Source: Phoronis australis (Eukaryota; Animalia; Phoronida). Taken from it: 64,000 nt of DNA. The stretch spans positions 1 to 64,000 of the forward strand of contig NMRA01000360.1 in assembly GCA_002633005.1 (NCBI GenBank), given 5' to 3'. Positions 27,501 to 37,778 of the stretch are shown one piece after another; position 1 is the first letter of the stretch; each line of letters opens with the position of its first letter. A program made the position numbers and the translations under genes. The notes beneath the pieces were generated by a model. It was not told the origin of the DNA. It saw only the letters and a list, made by a program, of their open reading frames with translations, and searched no databases.

Positions 27501-30500
27501 ATTTTAGTAGCAAATATCTGTATACCAGTGTTGGCTGGACTGATATATTAACTTCGCTTCCTTTGTCCATTCGGAACACTCCGAATATTTTCCTAGATTC
27601 AATTTTCCCCTCGCAGTTGAACGTTATTACACATATACAAGTTTCAGTAATGTGGTCAGTTGTTCTCCAGTCTGAGAGTCACGTGGCTCACAACTTTTGC
27701 CTCCGAGGGGAAGTTTGAGACTACGATAATACCCGAACTAGAACGAATGTTCGTTACTCTTGTGGTGCAGCTTCTATATAGGCTAATACACATGAGCATA
27801 CAAGGGAAATTCTGGAGGAATTGGAAAGACACTCATATGTCATGCTTGTGGTGAGAGGGGCGTCTTATCAGTCTGCGTTGCAGTGTTTTAGCTATGGCGA
27901 TGGATGCATGTGTATTTCGCGTCTTATCAAAAGGCCGATATGTACTCCTCCGTATTCCGGGTGTTCCATCTTCTTTGCTGTGTGTGAATTGGCATTGGCG
28001 CTCTGAGGAGACTTTTGGAGTGTCAGTTTGTCTTAGGGCAACACAGTGTCAGTCTGGTGCTTGAACTTTGACCTAACTTTTTGGCCACACTGTTAAGTTC
28101 TGGTTGTTCTAGTCTTTTTGCTCGCAACTTTGAGATCAGTGTATTGCAGTCTTGTTACTTCTTGCCTCAGAAACCGCCGCAAGAACGCATCTGCGCGAAA
28201 GAATGGTTTACAGAAAATGTGGGAGTTCATCTTGGGGGTCGTGACCACAAATGTGATGCCTGTCCGCTTGGTCATTGGTCGTTTGGGCCGTCTGGGGCAC
28301 GGAGAACTTAAAGGTGAGTAATAGTATTGTTTGTATTTTATGTTGCTGGTCCAAGAATTTCATTCATCACAGTTTAATTCACTACTTGCACACTTCAATG
28401 GCGCTGCAAAAACGATTGCTGTGCATTGTTGTTTAGGACACAATACCTCGTTTTAGCATCAATTTTAACAACGAAACGTGATAGCGCGTATTCCAAGCAT
28501 GTTGAACTATTTGTGGTTTAAGCGCACCACATCGTTCTCAGGTATGATGGCAAATTCGTGCAAGTAGTGGTGGCGAGTTGTAGTAAAATACACTTTATTA
28601 AGATGCACAGTACACATGAAAAGCGATGAGATGAAATTTCGTTTTACCGTCGCAACAGATGAATTACTCCTTATAGAGGGTCCTTCCAGCTATTGGGAAG
28701 GTGAATTCCACTTGCCGTTGGACAGCATTGCAGGGAGTTCTGCTGATGCTCACTTGCCGTGACAGGGAAATTCGGTGTCGTATTGTTCCATTATTTTTAG
28801 CATATACTGTATGCTAAAGAAGATAACCAATTGCCTTCCTCGCTACCGCGTACGGTAAATTCTCGTCAGTTTGGGACAAAAGTAATTGCCAGAATTGCTT
28901 CTTTTCCAAAGGCATCTTACATGGTCGTGGCTGCCCACAATTTCCCAGGGTGTTGTCGCATTGTTTCAATGCTAAGTTGAAGATGGTTAAGCATTTGTCA
29001 ATGTATGGTTCTATTTATAATTTTCGAAAAAAGTGAAAACAAAATTTCAATTGTCCGCCATGTTGTGTCCTAAATTTTGAGGTTTTACCATGGCTTACTG
29101 ATTAACAGCAAGTTTCCTACATCTTGAGGACAAAGTGTCCTTAGTTGTTTGCAAAGTAGTGTTTCTGAAGAGAGTAAAATTTTCGTTTCTAGTTTTTTGT
29201 CAATCTACCAATTTGTTTGTTGTCAAGAAGGGCTTAAAGTGGAACTTGCACGCTAATTCCTTATCTCTGTGATTGCTTGGTCAAATTAGTTAGAAACACG
29301 ACATATAGCGATGATGTAAATATGAAGTAGGTCGAAAATGATCCACTGTAAATCACTCAACCGTATCCAGTATCGTGACGTGGTGTTGGGGAATAACACT
29401 GCATGATGCGGGCTATGTGAGCCCCCAAGACACGTCATTAGTACAAAGGTCACCTATTAGCAGATTTTTTTGTTTTCACATTGACAAGTTGTCATTGAAT
29501 ACAATTGCACTTTGTTTAGCATAGATGATGTTCAAGTAGCATTGTCGTTTAGTTCCTGCTATACATTAGCATAGGAGCATGCAAATACATCTTTAATACA
29601 AATCCCTTATTTCTTTCTAGACTGTGTGTACTTTCATGTCTGGGGTTACAGTACCATGTTGGTTTGTCAGTGTTTCCCTTAACTAACCCCTTTTCTGGCT
29701 TCGTTTCAGGCTGGGCTGGCCTCTTGAGCCGTAAGTCACTACTCCTAGCTAGTCGAGAGATTCGTGGCATGTGCACCCAATGTGCCCTCCTTCCGCCCAG
29801 CGATATGCCATGTATTCTAAGTGCCTGCTTCGTCTCTGTCGAGGCTCAGAGCACGTTCCACGTTATGCCAGACTCGGTGAAGGCAGAGGAGCGGCCTGCT
29901 AGTAGCCTGGCTAGCAGTACCCCCCAGGACACCTCCTGCACCCACATACTGGTCTTCCCTACCTCATCCACTGCACAGGTGAGGAGCAGTCACCCCCAGG
30001 TGTCTGTTATAGTTTACTGTAGTTTGTTGTGAATGTATCAGAGCTGTTCTGTAAATTAAACTAGATAAACAAGGTGGTAAACTGTTGAAAAATGTACTGA
30101 GTTGATTAGTGAGAGCTATGCTGGAGTGTAGCATAGTTGAGGCGTTTCACGAAGTGAAATTGAACCTCTCAGCTGATCAAGGAACAAATTCTATCAATGC
30201 TCTTATTATGCACTGTTACTGTGGCAAAACAAAAAAATGCAAAGCAGAATTCCTCCTTGTGTGTTTGGTCTCTGCTTTCTCTTCATTATAGCTGTTCACC
30301 TTAGTTTATCCAAAATTTTCCCGACTCCATATTGCAGTTCTATAATGCAAATTTTCTGTCTCGTCTGCAGGCCAACATGCACAGCTACCAGTCAGAGCAC
30401 ACACTGGACATCTCTGTCCACATGGGCGCTGATATGGGTGAAGACGATCTTTTTGGGATCAAGGGCGACTTATCTGAGATGGACCCCGACCTCAACGATT

Positions 30501-31335
30501 TCTTTGCCTCAGCATCGCCACTCAACTCGCCTGTCGGTTCTCCTACGCACAACCAGGTGGCCCCAGGCTCGCCAGGTCTCGGGGGCACCGGGGGTGGCCG
30601 CCAGTCGCCATCCCAGTATAGCTCCACACAGAAGTTGCTCAACAGCGCCACGCTAACGGATCTTCAGGAAGAGGGTGGCAACTTGCTCCAGCAGCCACTG
30701 GCCATGGGTTACTACCTGTCAACAGCCAAGCCTGGTCCCCTTCCCAAGTGGTTTTGGTACAGCTGCCCACAGGCGGAGAATGCACCCACGACGTGCTTTA
30801 AGGTAATGCCCTAAACAGCATTGGCCTAATTAAATTTTCTGTGATTTAGGATTTCTTGAATATGGTCCATTGGCTTTTTCCAGGCTTTGCGTAAGTGCAG
30901 ATCAGATATTTCTCTCAAAGTGTAGCAAATATCATCAGCATGGTATAGCATTCTGTTGCACACTCTTACAAAGTTACAGATGGACAGTTGTGTATGCTCT
31001 GGTTACTAAGCAACAATTTGTCTTGTATCTGTTGGTACTTTGTCACTTTAATTACTTTTGTTTGACCTCTGACACCGTGTCATTTTCAGGCTGCCCTTCA
31101 CATTCACACGCCGGCAGCGCAGCAGAATCAAGACGAGTTGTTTCATGACGCTCAGAAGAAGACCCACCCACTAGACTCCAGCCAAACGTGCGACGTCCTG
31201 CGTCACGTGCTCGAGTCGTTCAATGCCCTCTCCTGGCTGACTATGGACCCGGTCACCAACGACCGCAGGTCTTGTCTGCCCATCCACTTCCTGGTGCTGA
31301 TTCAGCTCTATCACGCGCTCAACGCATTCGTGTGA
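550..31335 (+). CDS. MED13: Mediator of RNA polymerase II transcription subunit 13 (MED13/MED13L-like); 5'-partial, 25 coding exons in window
   Basis: Frame-consistent GT-AG exons: 550-634, 982-1068, 4792-4937, 8877-9047, 10706-11015, 13736-13837, 14141-14845, 15559-15850, 15963-15984, 16397-16542, 17296-17383, 18014-18234, 19074-19273, 20227-20497, 20986-21520, 22225-22490, 22817-23066, 23695-23958, 25063-25286, 26800-26979, 27206-27438, 28171-28313, 29710-29978, 30371-30802, 31090-31335 (TGA). Family motifs: [149 protein letters not shown]-like [18 protein letters not shown]. Confidence 0.95.
3926..4581. mobile_element. TA-flanked non-autonomous DNA transposon (Tc1/mariner-pogo-type ends) carrying a decayed ORF fragment
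   Basis: Imperfect ~25-bp TIRs (ccgtattcgtcctaataagcgccca; the other end reverse-complements to ctgtattcgccctaacaagcaccca), TA on both sides, and internal minus-strand fragment [25 protein letters not shown]...RGQQIP. Confidence 0.7.
5099..5717. mobile_element. MITE with long TIRs (CAGGG termini, hAT-like), internal assembly gap
   Basis: 34-bp perfect TIR cagggcccggtctccaatctccgtactcagactc / gagtctgagtacggagattggagaccgggccctg; subterminal repeated tactcga/tcgagta motifs; N-run in the centre; no clear TSD. Confidence 0.8.
5829..7103. mobile_element. Non-autonomous DNA element with CAGGGCTC...GAGCCCTG ends (hAT-like)
   Basis: 8-bp terminal inverted match and subterminal acttgccc/gggcaag motifs at both ends; no TSD seen. 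Confidence 0.5.
9465..9864. mobile_element. TTAA-flanked ~400-bp non-autonomous element (Kolobok-like), copy 1
   Basis: TTAA|AG...CT|TTAA ends; colinear similarity to 29238-29592 (cacgctaat..ttatctctgtgattgcttgg..aaattagttagaaac...caaaggtcacctatt...gagcatgcaaatacatct). Confidence 0.7.
11108..11907 (+). mobile_element. Helentron-associated interspersed element (HINE/DINE-1-like) with internal tandem subunits, copy 1
   Basis: 5' ttatgcgcccac + palindrome gcgcccacata-tatgtggacgc + GTCC-type microsatellite; internal repeats with cc(c)tagtggc; 3' gtgggcgcat subTIR + caacgc-tcc-gtgttg hairpin + ctcttgt. Confidence 0.7.
12069..13677 (+). mobile_element. HINE/DINE-1-like element, copy 2, with an expanded internal array
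   Basis: Same 5' (tttatgcgcccacata) and 3' (gtgggcacatttca...ctcttgtt) ends as copy 1; the gactac..gtgccccctagtggcaatttt / cacctagtggccatttt / gcgcc.cctagtgg higher-order unit occurs about three times. Confidence 0.7.
16855..17120 (+). mobile_element. Truncated copy of the same HINE-like family (another 5' fragment at ~7748-7810)
   Basis: gtgtccggtgtccac..tgtatctcctaaac..ggatctt..ccgactac..ctagtggca motifs shared with 11108-13677. Confidence 0.55.
23081..23210. repeat. Short intronic tandem repeats
   Basis: agtgtatggggtttg(t/a)ttt(t)ggg x3 and agtgctgtgttaacttatagaatgact x2. Confidence 0.8.
29238..29592. mobile_element. TTAA-flanked non-autonomous element (Kolobok-like), copy 2
   Basis: Same ends and body as 9465-9864, with an internal deletion. 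Confidence 0.7.
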
Positions 31336-33780
31336 TTATAACCCACTGTTGGCTCTGACACGTGGTAGCGTTCATGTATCCATCATAATCCCTAGCCAGT
31401 GTATTGGACTGCACAATAGTATTGCACTTTCTGCGTGGTTTTTAATACAACACAACTGGTTGTGTGTTGGATCTCATAGGTGACGGCTTGCAAACTGTGT
31501 GGTCTCATCTTAGGGACTAAACCCACTCGACGCATCAACGTGTGTGCCGGTGTCCTCTTCGCTGGTATGACAATGGTACGCTCAGTCATCTTGGTTGTAG
31601 GTCATTAAATGTTGCTGAAATAATCATGTAAAGAAGGTGATTCAGGGGTGCATACTGCAGACCAAGTTTCTTGTGAGGAAAGCGAAATCACTCGATGTCA
31701 TGCAAAATCACGAGAGTGGAGAGCGAGTGTTTCGCGAGTTTGCTCGAGACGTAACCCAGCAGTGGTCGTTGATGTTGGAATGTTGAATTGCAGGATAGAA
31801 TTTACTGCTAACGTTCCAGAAGTGAAGATGTCGCAAGTGCATGGCTAATGTGTTAGGTCTATGGGAGGCAACCGGATTTGATGGATTTTGGTCGATTCAA
31901 AAGTGTTGAACCGTAACTGGAATTAGGAATGTAGTAGAACAAAGTGAAAATAAAGTCCGGTTGTTAAACCTTGTTGTATCTCTGGACTTGATCAATTTTT
32001 GTGAGTTTTGCTGCACACAAACAATAGCACTGTTTCCAAATTGGAAGTCTTTCTACACCTACACTCTTGTTAAAGAAACTTCCATTTGGTTAATTTTGTG
32101 TCCGTTTCAGATAAAAATTTAAACCTTTCCTGGAAGAGCAGACCAAGTTTTATATTGCATCAGAATTTTTACAAGCGAGACCTGAAATTGTGTTGAGTTC
32201 AAAGAATCTTAGAATTAACGCCCGAGTGATGGGCTGTTATGTATTAACATGTGCCATGTGTAAGCTACCTCTGGTCTCTTGGAAAAAATGTCTCCTACCA
32301 TGTGTATTAGGAGTAGTTTATGTGCAGTTGTTGCTCAGTTTGTCTTGCAATTTCCGTGCAATTTCTCTGTTCCTTGTTCGGAGTTCATTTCACCCAGGCA
32401 ACACCCAGTCAAAGCACCGTGGGTAGTAGTTTGTTGAGGAGTCTGTCATATGATTTCTAGAGCACTACCCAGTCTTATGCTTCCTCGGTAAATTTTTGAT
32501 TTGTTGTCTTTTCTCCATGTATGTCTGTTCCGTTTGAACTGCAAATTTAGGTACGTAATCTTTTGCTGTTATTAGTAGAATTCAGTATCAACTCCTGGTT
32601 GCTGAGGCTAGTTGCATTGAAATTGGTTGTTTCACCTGTTATGGTGCCTGCAGCCATGTTCATTTCTATGTGCAATTCATTTACGGGTGCTCGGTTTGGG
32701 GTTGAGATGTTAACTGTTGGGTTTTTAAGTTGGTAATTGTAAATGCCTAACTTTCCCTAACAGTTATAGGTCACCATTGACATTGATGTGCTGCTGTGAA
32801 ATGATGTAAATAAAAATAGCTGTCTAGTGACCATTGTAAAAGAAAAGACTTAACTGAACTCGGCGTCAGGACGACTTGTGGAGCACGCGGGTATTCACTC
32901 AATAATGGGCCAGTAATGTTGGCTTTAAAAGGTATGCAGGTAGGATACTGAGCTGCCATAGTCACTCTCCTCCTACACTAACACTCCACCTATTGGTAGC
33001 TAACAACAGTAAAGGCCTCTGGATCGTTATAACTGGCCGTCCAGTCTTTTTGATTTGTTTGTTTTATTTGCGACTTCCTATTTATTATTTAGAGTATCTC
33101 GGTTGATCTGATATGTGCAATTGTAGTCTACTGTCTAGTCTTGTAGCGTATTAGGGAAGTGCGCAAACTCTCGCAAAGGACAAACTCGGACATAACTTGA
33201 TTCGCACATGGTGGTGCTACCGTGCCTCATTTGGAGAGGGTTCGTTTGGCTTTCATGCGTTTAGAGACGCCGTCAAGGAAGACGGTTGCTCCAAACACTT
33301 TACAGGAGTTGCAGTTTCATGGTATAAGCCCAGGCGAACTGGCCACTGGATGGGTGCATTGTAATTTTGTTGCGATTCAAATCCTCCTTGTAGAGTGACT
33401 GAAATTGTGATTAAATTTATAATTTGTGGCACACATGTCCTCTTGTAAATAAGACGATATTTATTTTCTATGATTAAAACGTCTAATAAAGACAATGTAT
33501 AAAGCTAGGTGTTTGTATAATAAGCCTACCAGATCTTAAATTATAGTCAATTGATGGAGTATAGTCATTTTATGTAATTTCTTGTAGATTTGTAGTTTGT
33601 AATTAAGGAAATGCTAGACTTTTTTGTATGATGTATCCATCAAATCTGTATATTAACATATACATACTAATGCAACCTTTAGGTTTATGTATTGACAGGA
33701 ATGCGATGCCGTGGCCCTGTTGTAAACTGTTACAGAAACTGAGTAGTGGCATATGTGACTTCTGTAATTGATGAAACTGA

Positions 33781-33786
33781 AATAAA
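33781..33786 (+). terminator. Probable polyadenylation signal of MED13 (alternative AATAAA at 33485-33490)
   Basis: AATAAA followed by GT/T-rich sequence, about 2.4 kb after the MED13 stop and before repeat-rich intergenic DNA. Confidence 0.45.
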
Positions 33787-34259
33787 ATTATTCTCTTTGA
33801 CTCCAGTGTTTGTTCAAGTTCGGGTCACCATGTGAAAACTGACCCTAGTCCATAGTGAACGTAGACGCGTTCGGTCTTTGCCGTGAAACCAATATTGAAT
33901 TCACACAAGTTTTGATTGAGAGTTTTCGGGCTGGGTTACCTGACCAGTTTTTTTGTTTTGGTGAAATTCATGACGAAACATCTGTATCGTGGCCAAATTT
34001 GAAGATTAAGTATCTAGAACTTTGTTAAAGGTTGCCAAATTATCGTATCGTTTCATGCAACTTTCGAGTTTTTTCATAACTGTCAGTATAGTCCTTATAC
34101 TGATGTAATGCACTACTAAAACATTTTTAATAGCCAGGGCCTGTTATACCCTTTCCTGATCGTGTAACAGTCAAGCCGCCAGCATGAACCAGTGGGGGGT
34201 CAAGTGGGCCATGCCCCCTTAAAATTTTCCAGATTGCATGTGACAGTTCGCGGATGCGA

Positions 34260-35748
34260 ATGTCTGATGGGCATAATCCTGGCTAATACCTTGCCCCCTC
34301 CCCCCTACTCAAAATCCGGGGGCCGCCCCTGTGAACAAACAACCCAGTAGACTAAATCGCATATCCTCCACTGATAGCGTTTAGGAGAACGGTTTCGTTA
34401 CATTCCTGTAGCCATTTGTAAGACGTGACGTTCAAATCTTTGACATTTTACTTGGTCATAATCCGAAGAAAGCCTCGTGCAGCTCCTTTGAAAGTCGTTG
34501 TTTTGGCTCATGTTTTAATTTCGTTTGTAATTCGAGTTTGTGTTGCTAATTACACTAATCGAACAGAGAACATCGATTGTTTCAACAGTAAAGTTACCGC
34601 CGCCAACTAAATTTATTCCAGTTTGAAGTTGGCGATTTTGGCTTCACCTGTTTAGCGTTACATGAGTATTAAAACAGCTTCAATACAGATATATACGGCT
34701 ACCAAGGGACGGAACAATTTATATAGTGTCCCAACAAACTTTCGCCCAAAACTTTGATAAAGAAAATAATTTTATTAACTTATTCCCTGTTTCAGGAACA
34801 CAAAGTTGCTTTTCAGAGACACACAAGTTAGAATAAAGGGCCGTGATTGACTGTAATTGTGGAGACGAATGTATTTGTCAGGTTCTGCACATATATCTGA
34901 CTGTTATACAACCTTGCCACTGGTCTACAGAGCGAACGCTTCTCCTCCATATACTGCTGCATTATTTGTTGAATTTTAATACATTCTAGAAAACGGAGAG
35001 ATNATGTCTGACGGGCATAATCCTGGCTAATACCTTGCCCCCCTCCCCCCTACTCAAAATCCGGGGTCCGCCCCTGTGAACAAACAACCCAGTAGACTAA
35101 ATCGCATATCCTCTACTGATAGCGTTTAGGAGAACGGTTTCGTTACATTCCTGCAGCCATTTGTAAGACGTGACGTTCAAATCTTTGACATTTTACTTGG
35201 TCATAACCCGAAGAAAGCCTCGTGCAGCTCCTTTGAAAGTCGTTGTTTTGGCTCATGTTTTAATTTCGTTTGTAATTCGAGTCTGTGTTGCTAATTACAC
35301 TAATCGAACAGAGAACATCGATTGTTTCAACAGGAAAGTTACCGCCGCCAACTAAATTTATTCCAGTTTGAAGTTTGCGATTTTGGCTTCACCTGTTTAG
35401 CGTTACATGAGTATTAAAAACAGCTTCAATACAGATATATACGGCTACCAAGGGACGGAACAATTTATATAGTGTCCCAACAAACTTTCGCCCAAAACTT
35501 TGATAAAGAAAATAATTTTATTAACTTATTCCCTGTTTCAGGAACACAAAGTTGCTTTTCAGAGACACACAAGTTAGAATAAAGGGCCGTGATTGACTGT
35601 AATTGTGGAGACGAATGTATTTGTCAGGTTCTGCACATATATCTGACTGTTATACAACCTTGCCACTGGTCTACAGAGCGAACGCTTCTCCTCCATATAC
35701 TGCTGCATTATTTGTTGAATTTTAATACATTCTAGAAAACGGAGAGAT
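34260..35748. repeat. Near-identical ~745-bp tandem duplication separated by a single N
   Basis: 34260-35002 is repeated at 35004-35748 with a few substitutions and a 1-bp indel; N at 35003. Confidence 0.9.
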
Positions 35749-36614
35749 ACTTCTGCTAAGGTTATGTGAGAGCCTAGAAAAATGCCAACTTTGGAACATC
35801 ACATCACAGAAATGGCTGATCGGATTTACATGAAACTTCCAGGTGCTATGTTTTATACACTGTTTTCTAAAACGCTGATGGGAATTGTTTTTAAAACCTT
35901 CAACTTTTGCACGAGAGAGTATCAAAAATAGAACATTTTTCAAAAAATCTTGTTAATATTTTAAATGTTTACATTATCATGATCTTGGAGTATAAAACTG
36001 GGTTGAATTTCTTTCATTTTGGCATTAAATTTGGGATGCCTAAGCAGGAAATATCAAGTCAGAAGACAGCATTTTCACTTCAAGACCACAATTAATTCGT
36101 CAAGAATTAAATTCTTTCCAATATTTTTCGAAAATCTTGCAATATTGTACCTTTAAAATCTTGCCAATAATTTCTTGAACTGTTTTTGTTGAGATTTTCT
36201 AAATTCTTGTCATTATTTCTTTAAAAAAAATCTTGGCAGTGTGCATGGATTTATCGTGGTCTTGAAATTAAATACAGTCTTGATTTTTCGCCGCTTTGGC
36301 CTTACATCCATATCGGTTTTATGAATGTAAGCGGATTAATTGAGAGTTGCTTTGGCAGAGGCGTGTGTTTATCGCACGTCATTTCTGAGAGCACAATTCC
36401 ATTCTGTAAGAAACTCAAACTGATCCGTGTGTCTAGAGGTTTGTCATCATGGACTGGCTCAAAACATTGCAGAGGAGGGCCGTTTGTGAGACAACTTTCG
36501 TTTAAATGTTCACGGATTCAATGAGATATGGTCGATTTTGCACTGAGTGAAATTATTGGGCGAAATTATTTGGGTGAAAATGGTACCAAAACTAAAGCGA
36601 ATAGGAATCTACCT

Positions 36615-36651
36615 TTTATTGCAACATGGATTTCAATATTACTACTTTATT
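36615..36651 (-). terminator. Distal polyadenylation signals of SELENON
   Basis: Two AATAAA hexamers on the minus strand (36646-36651, 36615-36620), 65-100 nt downstream of the SECIS. Confidence 0.55.
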
Positions 36652-36715
36652 TCCAATCATTGAAACGACATCACCTCTAATAAAAGTCGAGTTTTTCATA
36701 AGCAATATCCCACTC

Positions 36716-36780
36716 TCCGACTCCTTCAATTTCTACCCTGTCTCCTTCTGGAATTTAAGGTGGAAGCGTCATCTGTCGGA
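36716..36780 (-). promoter_or_regulatory. SECIS element (form 2) in SELENON 3'UTR
   Basis: UCCGAC ag AUGAC GCUUCCACCUU AAA UUCC-agaa-GGAG ac AGGGUAGAAAU UGAA gga GUCGGA: helix I (UCCGAC/GUCGGA), AUGA...GA kink-turn core, 11-bp helix II with 2 mismatches, apical AAA and mini-stem. Confidence 0.88.
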
Positions 36781-37778
36781 TTCTGAATAAAGCTGTTGAA
36801 AAACTACCTCACGAGAGATGCCTAGTTGCGGCGTACTACATCCAACTGGCCCACGTCGAAGTATGTACGACAGCAACTTTCTTGTTGAACTCCTTGTTGT
36901 AAAAGTACAAGAACTACTGTTCGATAAAAATATATACATAATGACTGAATGCATAGCATGGCTGGGAATTTTGGCTGAAACTATAGGTCATGCTGGACAA
37001 GTGCTTAAAAAATCAACACAACGTTTTCGAAAACTTTTTATCTACCAGTGTAAGGCTATATTTGGCATCTCGAAAAGAATGCGGAATATTGCCGGTTGTT
37101 TCAAGAACTGAGATGGAGCCCTTTATTAATGAGTGCGAACTCGACTGGTTGATACTGAATTTTTAATAGTCATCGTTACCGTATTTAATCGCGGACTCGG
37201 AGTAATTTCATGCCAAGAATTGTACGATGACACTTGGCCTACCTCAAAATACAAGGCCCCCTGCTAGTTGCACACACCACCGAATAACGAGACACATAAT
37301 ACTGGCTGGACTAAGCGCGAGCTCTGGGCAACAGGCTAATAAAAGTCACATTTCTTGTCCGATTTTAAAAATTCAAAAGCCAAACGAAGTCTACTTTTCA
37401 TGAACGATTCAAATGTGCCATTTAAAAAACTTTCAAATCGAAAATTAAAAAGAATCGTCGCCCCCACTGTGTTTATGGTGGGCCCGATTATCTAAGAACG
37501 ATAGCATCAGCAGCTTGAGGCAATTTAACTAACCACAACAGCGTGAGATCTTTGATCCGAACCGGCAATTCCTGAGGTAGGCAAACCCGGCGGTCGACTT
37601 GTCCAATCTCGACCGGCTTGGGTGTCAACGTAGGATTCTTGTCATGTTCCTGTGTTCTTCCCACGCGAATGTGCAATCGCAATTTGTTTTAACTTTGGTA
37701 TTTGCTATCTTTCAGGTTTCAGTTTCTTTTCAACTCTTGTTCAATGGTTCAGTCACAGAAAATTCGTCGAGCAGCAAT

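Noticed and set aside
34260-35748. 745-bp tandem duplication with twin 61-aa ORFs (MTFKSLTF...)
   Set aside because: The copies abut at a single N and differ by a few SNPs, typical of two haplotypes or overlapping contig ends joined in scaffolding; the ORFs have no coding signature. Read depth or long reads would settle it.
37160-37650. Other AUGA-containing SECIS candidates in the SELENON 3'UTR (around 37645, 37400, 37210, 37170)
   Set aside because: They lack the apical AA at 11-13 nt, a paired helix II or the 3' GA.
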